A program made the position numbers and the translations under genes. Positions 28,043 through 35,997 of a stretch of 64,000 bases of DNA are shown piece by piece. Source of the stretch: an uncultured Mycoplasmatota bacterium (GTDB lineage Bacteria; Bacillota_I; Bacilli_A; RF39; UBA660); the NCBI GenBank assembly GCA_947649355.1, contig CANSRG010000001.1:3554-67553 (forward strand). Direction: 5' to 3'. The notes under the pieces are model-generated. The model had not been told where the DNA came from, did not search any database, and saw nothing but the letters and a program-made list of their open reading frames with translations. Within the stretch, counting starts at the first letter, position 1. Each line of letters begins with the position of its first letter.

Positions 28043-28600
28043 CTAATTACTATCCTTTATGGAACATTTATAGTTTTCTAAAGAACACTCGAAGTATCTA
28101 TACTCGCTATGTTCCCCTATAAAAATATCTCCTGATAAAGTAATTGAGTTATTTTCTATATTCTTTATGCTACCAGTTAAGAATGGATTTACCTTACCAT
28201 CAATTTTAAATTCCAATGGTTTTATTTTACTTTCTTTTCCTTTTAATTCTATTTCAAATATCATTGGAGTATTCCCGTTCCCTACACCATATAACTTGTT
28301 GTCGTAAAATTGATATATCGATTTATTCTTGTAAGCGTCGTTATGTGATGACTCCAATGTTTCTAATAAAATGAAATCATCATCCGCAACTTTATAGAAA
28401 AATCCAGTTGTTATAGTCATATCGCCTGTTGTCAAATCTGATAAAGCATATGTTTCTTTGCCTCGCTTATCGTTATAATACACATAAGTTTCTATTGCCT
28501 TATCTTTCAAGTCATAGTGTTTGAATGCATCATCTTCTTTTTGACACCCTGTAATTACAAGACAAATTAATAACATAACTAGTGAAAAAAATTTTTTCAT
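28043..28600 (-). CDS. Lipoprotein (moron)
   Basis: 185 aa. Signal peptide with lipobox LVITGC. AT-rich island inside the replication module. Confidence 0.55.
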   Translation of the reverse strand: MKKFFSLVMLLICLVITGCQKEDDAFKHYDLKDKAIETYVYYNDKRGKETYALSDLTTGDMTITTGFFYKVADDDFILLETLESSHNDAYKNKSIYQFYDNKLYGVGNGNTPMIFEIELKGKESKIKPLEFKIDGKVNPFLTGSIKNIENNSITLSGDIFIGEHSEYRYFECSLENYKCSIKDSN

Positions 28601-28804
28601 ATAATTTCTCCTTTTTAAAGTAATTTTATAATTACGACTATTATACCAAATTTCGGCGTTTTTTTCTACTGATCTTCGAATGTTTTAATTTAAATAATTT
28701 GATTTTTAATCCTAGGACTTTCTTGCACCATGGACTAAATATCTTCGAGTAGTATCGTATTTCGTTTTCGGTGTACTTTATCTCTTTGGCGATAGCTGTC
28801 ATGA

Positions 28805-29218
28805 CTAGCTGCACTTTCTTACTGCGATTTTTGTTTTCTCATACACATTGATAAAATCTACGATCCACTCTGGTATCTCATCATCGTTGTTGGCTTTTAG
28901 TTCCTTAACGAATGCACGAAGGCTATTTGCATTTACCTGTTCTTGTACTAGGTCGCCTGCATCATTGTTTCGTAAGGCTTCGAATAATTCTTCTTTGCAT
29001 TCCGCTTTGGCTGATGCGAATGTATCCACTTTAAGGCTATATGAATGTCCGTTTCGTTTGAATGAGTCTAGCTCTGCTGTTACCATCGCTGCCACCAAGT
29101 CTTGCTCTACGGCCTCAATCATCGCGTTCGTTTCTTTTAGTGAAATCTCTAGTTGTTCTTTCTCATCTCTTAATTCTTGTAATCTGTCTGCCATTGTTAA
29201 ATCGATATTATTCTCCAT
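28805..29218 (-). CDS. Sipho_Gp157-like protein
   Basis: Start trimmed to MENNIDL (GAGGAAA RBS). About 137 aa acidic coiled-coil protein, consistent in size and position with Gp157-family proteins of siphophage early regions. Confidence 0.4.
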   Translation of the reverse strand: MENNIDLTMADRLQELRDEKEQLEISLKETNAMIEAVEQDLVAAMVTAELDSFKRNGHSYSLKVDTFASAKAECKEELFEALRNNDAGDLVQEQVNANSLRAFVKELKANNDDEIPEWIVDFINVYEKTKIAVRKCS

Positions 29219-29558
29219 CTTTGTTTTCCTCGCTTTCATTTTCATTTGTTACTTCTGATTGTGCTGCATCTTCTTTAATTTTTTGAGCCTTCTTGTATCG
29301 TTTTTGATCGGCTTCGTATTCTTTTGCCGAATTCTCCAACTCTGCCTCTAGGCTATTGATTACCACTCTCGTTTTTTCAATGCGATTGAAATCTCTAGTT
29401 GATATTGCATTTAAGCAAATAATGTACTGTTGTTTTAATGTATCAATCTGTCTTACTAAAGTTGGATAATTCTTTCTCATGTCGGTTAGTTCTACTACTC
29501 TTTGATGACCTATTTCCCATACTTGGTCTAGCACTTCGTTTGTAATAATTGGTTTCAT
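29208..29558 (-). CDS. Hypothetical protein
   Basis: 116 aa ORF with overlapping stop/start to its neighbours. Confidence 0.4.
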   Translation of the reverse strand: MKPIITNEVLDQVWEIGHQRVVELTDMRKNYPTLVRQIDTLKQQYIICLNAISTRDFNRIEKTRVVINSLEAELENSAKEYEADQKRYKKAQKIKEDAAQSEVTNENESEENKDGE

Positions 29559-30994
29559 TTGTTCTCTCCTTTAAATAAATTTATAAATATTTTTTCTAAT
29601 ACATTTACTACGATCGAATTGCCTGCCTGCTTATAAAGTTGAGTATTACTAATTCCTGCACCTTGGGCTTTGTAAAAATCTTCATCATCAAATCCCATAA
29701 GTCGCCAACACTCTAGTGGCGTCAATTTCCTTATTCGCAAACTAGGTTCTTTGATTTTCTTTTCAACTACGACACCTACATCTGGAGTTGTTTTAATCGT
29801 TTGGATTTTGTCCTTTTGGACTACTCCTCGCTTTTGATGAGGTCTATTGATATAAACTCCATCGCCATCACTAGCTTCGGCATATCCTTTCTTTGTTGCT
29901 TCTGGAATAAGAATTGCTGTTTTGAAGCCTTCTGGTCTAGTAGTAACTGTTGGTGATACACCACTTTTATTAACTCGTTCATTAAATGCATCGATAGTAT
30001 CTCCATCTTCACATTCGTTTTCACTTGCTGTTCTAAATGCTTGGTTATATAGTCGTGGTTCTTTTATAAGGTGTGCTGCCGATGATGTGGTACTGCCACA
30101 TTCTCCAGTGATAGTTTTGGCTACATCTTTAACCTCGGTTTTGTTATATGGATTGAAAATCTCCGGCATATAACCATTTTCATCTATGAACTCATCGTAT
30201 TTTCTTTTCACGTAGTTATCTTCTGGTCTTGAACCGGCGGTTGTCTTTATCGTGTTGGCTACTCGGTTATCATCGAGTTCATGTGGTTTGAAACACTTAC
30301 CTCTAATGTAACCATTACGATTTGTCATGTCAGAGAAAGTCTTTATCATCCTATCACTCAAGTAATATTTTTCATCGACTTCATCATCCAGTAAATCTTT
30401 GAGCTTTAGTCTTAGTTCTTCTTTTTCTGGGAACGTGAATTCTTGGTCGATGTCTTTTCTAATTGATACGATGAATACTCGTTCTCTGTGTTGCGGGATT
30501 CCATAATCCTTGGCATCTAACACTTGCCAGTAGTTGTTGTATCCGGCATCATCTAAATCTTGCAAAATGCTTTCGAAGGTGTCGGCAAACTTCTTGCTCG
30601 TTAATGCCTTTACATTTTCGATTAGAGAATACTTTGGTTTCTTCTCTTTTAGGATTCGGAGTCCATCGTAGTATAAACCACTGCGTGTTCCTTCTCGAAT
30701 TCCTGCTTGTTTTCCGGCTATCGAAATGTCCTGACATGGAAATCCCCAAGTCATGAAGTCGAAGTCTGGAAGTTCTTTTTCATTGATTTTGATTATATCC
30801 CAATAGTTTTTTATCTCTGGTTCCTCATGTACTGCTGAATAACTTCTGCTGGCATATTTATCTATCTCGCTATATCCTACGAGTTCATATTCTATGCCTA
30901 GCCTTTTTAGTGCTTTTTCTGGTCCTCCAATTCCTGAAAATAGACTAAAAAGTTTCAAGTGTGTTATTCTCCTTTCTTGAAGTATTCTCTCCAA
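29555..30994 (-). CDS. DNA (cytosine-5)-methyltransferase
   Basis: Motif I FSGIGG, motif IV GFPCQDIS, motif VI ENV, QHRERVFIV. Confidence 0.9.
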   Translation of the reverse strand: MERILQERRITHLKLFSLFSGIGGPEKALKRLGIEYELVGYSEIDKYASRSYSAVHEEPEIKNYWDIIKINEKELPDFDFMTWGFPCQDISIAGKQAGIREGTRSGLYYDGLRILKEKKPKYSLIENVKALTSKKFADTFESILQDLDDAGYNNYWQVLDAKDYGIPQHRERVFIVSIRKDIDQEFTFPEKEELRLKLKDLLDDEVDEKYYLSDRMIKTFSDMTNRNGYIRGKCFKPHELDDNRVANTIKTTAGSRPEDNYVKRKYDEFIDENGYMPEIFNPYNKTEVKDVAKTITGECGSTTSSAAHLIKEPRLYNQAFRTASENECEDGDTIDAFNERVNKSGVSPTVTTRPEGFKTAILIPEATKKGYAEASDGDGVYINRPHQKRGVVQKDKIQTIKTTPDVGVVVEKKIKEPSLRIRKLTPLECWRLMGFDDEDFYKAQGAGISNTQLYKQAGNSIVVNVLEKIFINLFKGENK

Positions 30995-32376
30995 TTGTCT
31001 ACTATGTTTTTAGCGATATCTTCTTTACTCTCTAGGGCTTTGATTATTTTTTCATCAACTGTTCCCACAGAGATTAAATTTATATAGGTACAGGTACACT
31101 TTTGTCCTATACGATGCGTCCTTGATATGGCTTGAGTGTAATTCGCATAATTGAAATCAAGGCTATAAAAAACAGCAGTGTCGGCTGCCGTTAATGTAAT
31201 TCCTAGCCCTGCGGTTTGTATCTGGGCTATGAATAGTTTTACTTCATCATTATTTTGGAACTTGTCACACATCTCTCCGCGATCTTCGATTTTAATATCT
31301 CCAGTGATGTATGAATACTCGATTCCCATCTCTTTGGCTACACTTTGTATCGATTCTATCTCTGGGATAAATCGTGCGAAGACAACAAGTTTCTTTTTGT
31401 TATCGATGATGATATCTTCCATGATGTCTTTTAGTTCATTAAGTTTGGCTTTCGATATCACTTGGATTCTTCCATCATCATCTTTCACGTGTCCACCAGA
31501 TATCTGTGACAATCTCATAAGTTTCGTTAGGACATTGGTTGCTGTGATTTCTCCTTCCATGAGCTCTGCATAACTTTGTCTAACTACGGCGTCGTATGTC
31601 CTTCTTGCTCCTGGCTCTAATTCACAATACCTGTTTTGGAATATTTGCTCTGGTAAGTCGAGAGCTTCTTCCTTTGTGATTCGGTATGCGACACTATGTG
31701 CCTTGCTCGTTAGTTCATCCATGTTCTTGTATCTTATGATTTGGTGGTTATAATAACCTCCCATCACGGCATACCTATTTCGGAATGCGTAAAAACTTAA
31801 ACCGAATATGTTAGGATCAAGAAATTTCCACTGACTGAATATGTCCATTGGCGAGTTCTGTACTGGTGTTCCTGTTAGTATCATCTTGTATTCTGCCTTT
31901 GCTCCTAGTCGGTGGAGTGTCTTACTTTGCGATGCACTCGGATTCTTTATCTTTTGTGATTCATCACATATAATCATATCTGGCTTATAAATGTTTAGTT
32001 CTTTTTCCATTCGCCATGTAGCTTCGTAATTGATGATGGCGACCTTTAATCCTTGCTTATGTGAAAGTGATATAAGTTTTGCTTTTCTTTTGCTCATGGT
32101 CGATCCTGTTATCGATTCCACATTGTAATCGTAATCAGCGAACTTACTTATTTCCTTTTCCCACACATTGATTATCGATGTTGGGCATACCACAAGGACT
32201 TTTTCGATTAAGCCTTCCAAGAATAACTCTCCCATTATGGCTATGGATGTAAAACTCTTACCTAGCCCCATGTCCATCAAGAGTGCAGCACATCCTTGCT
32301 CTTTTAGTTTCGGAATGGCAAAGTTACACGCTATTTGCTGGTGCTTGTAAGGTTTTACCTTTATTGGTAGTTCCAT
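30964..32376 (-). CDS. SNF2-family (SF2) helicase
   Basis: Motif I DMGLGKS, motif II DESQ, C-terminal helicase motifs (TAGLGITLTAAD; QAISRTHRIGQ). Confidence 0.85.
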   Translation of the reverse strand: MELPIKVKPYKHQQIACNFAIPKLKEQGCAALLMDMGLGKSFTSIAIMGELFLEGLIEKVLVVCPTSIINVWEKEISKFADYDYNVESITGSTMSKRKAKLISLSHKQGLKVAIINYEATWRMEKELNIYKPDMIICDESQKIKNPSASQSKTLHRLGAKAEYKMILTGTPVQNSPMDIFSQWKFLDPNIFGLSFYAFRNRYAVMGGYYNHQIIRYKNMDELTSKAHSVAYRITKEEALDLPEQIFQNRYCELEPGARRTYDAVVRQSYAELMEGEITATNVLTKLMRLSQISGGHVKDDDGRIQVISKAKLNELKDIMEDIIIDNKKKLVVFARFIPEIESIQSVAKEMGIEYSYITGDIKIEDRGEMCDKFQNNDEVKLFIAQIQTAGLGITLTAADTAVFYSLDFNYANYTQAISRTHRIGQKCTCTYINLISVGTVDEKIIKALESKEDIAKNIVDNWREYFKKGE

Positions 32377-32536
32377 GTTTCTCTCCTTTCGTTTTGGTAC
32401 TGCCTACTACATCGGTTTCTTCCTTTTTTAAATCCAAGTTAAAGATGGAATAAATCTTTTGTTCTTCAGCACCGAGGAAATCGGCAACTAATGGTAGCGT
32501 TCCCTTTACTTGAATTTTCTTTTGCATTGGCATCAC
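32324..32536 (-). CDS. Hypothetical small protein
   Basis: 70 aa ORF upstream of the SNF2 gene. Confidence 0.3.
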   Translation of the reverse strand: MMPMQKKIQVKGTLPLVADFLGAEEQKIYSIFNLDLKKEETDVVGSTKTKGEKHGTTNKGKTLQAPANSV

Positions 32537-32582
32537 CTCCTTTACATAACAAAAAAAGAAACCGAATAAGTTTCTCTGATTG

Positions 32583-33014
32583 TTACGAATAAACTTCGAT
32601 GCCTAATGCTAGAGCAAATTTAACGTATGCCAATTTTTTAAGTTCTCTAAAGTTGCGTAAACACATATGGCATTGTGGCATAATTTGTTCATCGGACATT
32701 GTCATATCCGTTAGGTACTTTAAGTATAAGTATTTCCTCTCATCCTCATCAAGCCTATTGAAAGCCGAGATTATTTTGTTCACGTATTCCTCGATTTGTC
32801 CTTCTAGGATTATCTTCTTAATCACATAACTCTCAACACTTGATTTCGTGTTTCGTACTGATGCTCTACCTCCGAATGACAAGCCATATTTTGCTGTCAT
32901 CTTTGGTAGTTGATTTTCTTCTAATCTTAATAAAAGTAATTTGTATAAATTCATCATATTCTTTACTGCGTTTTTAGTTTCTACATAATTTACTGACTCA
33001 AAAATATCTGTCAT
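32583..33014 (-). CDS. ArpU-family phage transcriptional regulator, paralog A
   Basis: 143 aa. LDEDERKYLYLKYLTDMTMSDEQI..LKKLAYVKFALALG is the ArpU/sigma region-4-like signature. Confidence 0.6.
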   Translation of the reverse strand: MTDIFESVNYVETKNAVKNMMNLYKLLLLRLEENQLPKMTAKYGLSFGGRASVRNTKSSVESYVIKKIILEGQIEEYVNKIISAFNRLDEDERKYLYLKYLTDMTMSDEQIMPQCHMCLRNFRELKKLAYVKFALALGIEVYS

Positions 33015-33183
33015 AAGTTTCTCCTTTTCCTTTCGATACTTCTTGGGTACTGCAAAAACTACTTTTTAAAACACAAAAAGGAAACACTTGTATAAAGTAT
33101 CTCCTATTCTAAAATTCTTGTAACTTATGACTCTCGACATCATTATACAAAATATGATAAGCATATTTTGTCGAAGCGAGGTG

Positions 33184-34962
33184 TCAAACTGTGATTATTG
33201 TATATTTTTGTTTTTTATAAGTGGTTGTGTTTTTTATTGGCATGATTTTAACGATACGATTTGCATCCATGTTCTCGAATTCTATCTCATCTATATCGAT
33301 TTCCATCGTGTTAACTTTATAAAACTTTTGTAACTCTGTTACAAATTCGCCAATTTCTTTTTTTGTTTTGACTGGTGACACTAAGATATTCTTATCATCT
33401 TTCTTCACTGTCATGTCCATTAGTTTCTCTTTCATCATGAATGCTAGATTGAAAATCTTATCTTCTCTAAATTCGATATGTGTTATCTTAACATCTTTCT
33501 TTTTGGGATCGTATTTGATTTCCATCTGGTCGATGTATTCAGCTACTATAATTCTCTTTTGCTCTTTATCTAATTGTTCCCATATGTCTTGAGCCTGTGA
33601 GTAATATAAATCGCTTTGTCGTTTTTGAATTTCTTTAATCGTTGCATAAAGTGTAATGTCCATATCTTCGGTAATTCGTACATCTCTTGTCACTCGTTTT
33701 TTAATCTCGTTATTTATTGATTCTTTCTTTAATGAAATGTATCGCATTTCTTCTTTGAATTCATTTTCTGGTATAAAACCATCAAAGTAACTATTCTTTA
33801 CTCTTGATTCTCTCTTTTTCAAATCATCGAGCATTTGGTCGAACATCTCTCCGTTTTCCATAAGTTGAGACTTATTAGAAATCGGTATCGTTCCTACATC
33901 GGCTATTATAAAATAATCCAATAATTCATTTAACTCTTTTACAAATGCTTCTTCTATTAGGCTCTCTGGAACATATCCGACTCCCTTACATCTCGTACAA
34001 ATGTAATAGCAGTATTTTATTCCATTTCTACTTTTACCATTCGTTCCGCCTAGAACGTCATGTCCACAGCATGGGCATTTTATCTTTTGCATAAAAATGT
34101 AGGTTTGTTTTCTCTTATGGCATATTTGATTAAGATGATATTGCTCTTGCATCTTGCTCCATGTTATTTCATCTATAATGGCTGGGACTTTTACAATGCA
34201 TTCTTCCCCAGTTTCTTCTTCTTTTAAACGATTATGAAATATACCAACATAAAATTCATTATGAAGTATAACTTCAATAGCTCGTTGTTTGAACTTTTTT
34301 AAGGTTGGGTATTCTTCATTAATTTTCTTTGTTACCTGTTCGCAAGAATTACCTTGTAAATATAATTCAAAAATTCTTCTAACACAGGGAGCGGCTTCTT
34401 CATCTATAATAAGTTTCTTTTTATCTGGACCATCAACATCCTTTTTGTATCCAAATGGGACAGTATTAAAATGCAATTTTTCATATGCTCCAATCATCCC
34501 CATTCTTGTTCTTTCGGATATAACATCTAGTTCGTATTCTCCGTGTGCGGCCTCCATGTTGATTTGATATTTTCCTACTGCGGTGTCAAAGTCTAGGTCG
34601 TTCCATGATGTAACAATACGGCATCCATATTCTTTTGCTACTGCGATTACTTTTTGAGTGTTTGCTACTCCTCTTACTAATCTATCAAGTCGCCATACTA
34701 CGACTACATTGATTTTTCCTGTTCTAATATCATTTAATAACTTTTGAAAGTCTTTTCTCTTGTCTAGGTACTTACCGGATATTCCAGGATCGCCATAAGT
34801 ATCGTAAATTCTAAAACCTCGATTTTCACATAGCCTACGCAAATCTTTTTCTTGTTCCTCGTAGCTGTGTCCTTCCCTGGCTTGGTTAAAGGTCGAGACT
34901 CGCAGGTATATCCCTGCTATCCATTCCTTTGGTTCATTTTTTTTCATTTTAAAAGATACCAT
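33184..34962 (-). CDS. Large serine recombinase (probable prophage integrase)
   Basis: N-terminal resolvase domain with catalytic Ser (AGIYLRVSTFNQ), recombinase domain, and a Zn-ribbon/coiled-coil C-terminus (CPCCGH..CTRCKG). 592 aa. Confidence 0.9.
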   Translation of the reverse strand: MVSFKMKKNEPKEWIAGIYLRVSTFNQAREGHSYEEQEKDLRRLCENRGFRIYDTYGDPGISGKYLDKRKDFQKLLNDIRTGKINVVVVWRLDRLVRGVANTQKVIAVAKEYGCRIVTSWNDLDFDTAVGKYQINMEAAHGEYELDVISERTRMGMIGAYEKLHFNTVPFGYKKDVDGPDKKKLIIDEEAAPCVRRIFELYLQGNSCEQVTKKINEEYPTLKKFKQRAIEVILHNEFYVGIFHNRLKEEETGEECIVKVPAIIDEITWSKMQEQYHLNQICHKRKQTYIFMQKIKCPCCGHDVLGGTNGKSRNGIKYCYYICTRCKGVGYVPESLIEEAFVKELNELLDYFIIADVGTIPISNKSQLMENGEMFDQMLDDLKKRESRVKNSYFDGFIPENEFKEEMRYISLKKESINNEIKKRVTRDVRITEDMDITLYATIKEIQKRQSDLYYSQAQDIWEQLDKEQKRIIVAEYIDQMEIKYDPKKKDVKITHIEFREDKIFNLAFMMKEKLMDMTVKKDDKNILVSPVKTKKEIGEFVTELQKFYKVNTMEIDIDEIEFENMDANRIVKIMPIKNTTTYKKQKYTIITV

Positions 34963-35161
34963 TATTATCGACTCCTTCTTTCAATAACTTTGGTATCTTT
35001 TCGTTTTTAAATAATATTGATTGTAATTGTTTGAATAAATCTTTCGCTTCGCTTTCGTGAAGTATTAAATATTTATCTTTGAAAGCATCAGCTTTTTCTT
35101 CGGTGCTAAATCGCATATAAAACGCGACCTTGTCCGATATGACTACGACCTTCTTTTTCAT
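34949..35161 (-). CDS. Hypothetical small protein upstream of the recombinase
   Basis: 70 aa, overlaps the recombinase start by 14 nt. Confidence 0.35.
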   Translation of the reverse strand: MKKKVVVISDKVAFYMRFSTEEKADAFKDKYLILHESEAKDLFKQLQSILFKNEKIPKLLKEGVDNNGIF

Positions 35162-35229
35162 TGTCCTCCTCCTTTGCTTCTGGCTATCGCCATTATAACC
35201 ATTATAGCATTTTTTGTTAACAATAACAG

Positions 35230-35295
35230 GCTCATCTTTCTAACGAATTTGTAACACTTTTCTAACAACTTTATAATTCGTTTCTAACGCTTTTG
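35230..35295. repeat. Three direct TTCTAAC(G/A) repeats at about 22-bp spacing
   Basis: Copies at 35238-35244, 35260-35266 and 35283-35289, plus a TTGTAAC variant at 35248-35254. Confidence 0.6.
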
Positions 35296-35350
35296 TACTA
35301 TTTTTCGGTTATTTGGTATGTTCGAGGTAGGACTTTAGATTCTCGATTTT

Positions 35351-35647
35351 CTAAAAATATTCTACTACTAATTCTCGTAATTTTTGAAAGGAACAGCCAT
35401 TTTTTGTATTGTTTATGAAGAACAATTCTTCATCGTATAAATGCTCTCCGTAGTATAAAATTACGACCTCTTTCTCTTTTGATTTTAATAAAATCTTATG
35501 TGGGCTAATGGTCGATATGTTTGTTCCTTTAAACTCTACCATATAGCCATCAAAGTAAGTAATTTCAAGGGTTTTACGGCTTAAGTACCTATTGCACTTG
35601 TCTTTTATTTCCTTTGGAAACTCAAGTTTTTTCTTATTTATTTTCAT
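35351..35647 (-). CDS. Hypothetical protein
   Basis: 98 aa ORF between the recombinase region and the tRNA-fragment junction. Confidence 0.4.
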   Translation of the reverse strand: MKINKKKLEFPKEIKDKCNRYLSRKTLEITYFDGYMVEFKGTNISTISPHKILLKSKEKEVVILYYGEHLYDEELFFINNTKNGCSFQKLRELVVEYF

Positions 35648-35669
35648 GGTCTGATCCTCCTTTTTAGAG

Positions 35670-35705
35670 CATCATAAAACCCTACCTCGTTGTATTGAGG
35701 TAGGG
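35670..35705 (-). terminator. Rho-independent terminator
   Basis: CCCTACCTC-GTTGTATT-GAGGTAGGG perfect 9-bp stem, followed on the minus strand by TTTTAT. Confidence 0.5.
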
Positions 35706-35747
35706 TACCTTGAACCGAACATTTGTGGTGTTCGGATAAAAACTTCA

Positions 35748-35795
35748 TGGTGGCTCCTACGGGAATTGAACCAGTGACACAAGGATTTTCAGTCT
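35748..35795 (-). other. 3' fragment of tRNA-Phe(GAA) (anticodon loop to CCA); probable att-site direct repeat
   Basis: Minus strand reads GACTGAAAATCCTTGTGTCACTGGTTCAATTCCCGTAGGAGCCACCA. This gives an anticodon loop CUGAAAA, a T-arm, an acceptor 3' strand and CCA. Upstream sequence has no matching acceptor 5' strand or D-arm. Confidence 0.6.
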
Positions 35796-35930
35796 TTATG
35801 TTACTTTATCAAATAACTATAAATACATCATTTTTTTAGATAATTTTCAATGTTTTTAGGCATTTGCAGTTATATTTGTATTTTTCTCAAATCCAAAATA
35901 ATCTAAATAAAATCACTGTTCTTACTTCTT

Positions 35931-35950
35931 TTGGACCACATTGGACCATA
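35931..35950. repeat. Tandem TTGGACCA(C/T)A direct repeat next to the integrase 3' end
   Basis: TTGGACCACA followed directly by TTGGACCATA. Confidence 0.6.
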
Positions 35951-35997
35951 AACTCTCACATAAAGAAATAACATAAAATATTTTCCGACCATAGAAT

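Larger units (their letters stand above)
1..35700. mobile_element. Temperate siphovirus prophage (serine-recombinase type); left end may lie outside the window
   Basis: Complete collinear set: integrase, replication, packaging, head, tail, lysis, all on the minus strand. Confidence 0.75.

Noticed and set aside
33140-33180. The perfect 10-bp inverted repeat as an intrinsic terminator
   Set aside because: Not followed by a U-run on either strand. More likely a protein-binding dyad.
35748-35823. Complete tRNA gene on the minus strand
   Set aside because: Only the anticodon-loop to CCA part is tRNA-like. The 5' 27 nt (TTATAGTTATTTGATAAAGTAACAT) cannot pair with the acceptor 3' strand AGGAGCC and lacks a D-arm. 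Called an att-type fragment instead.
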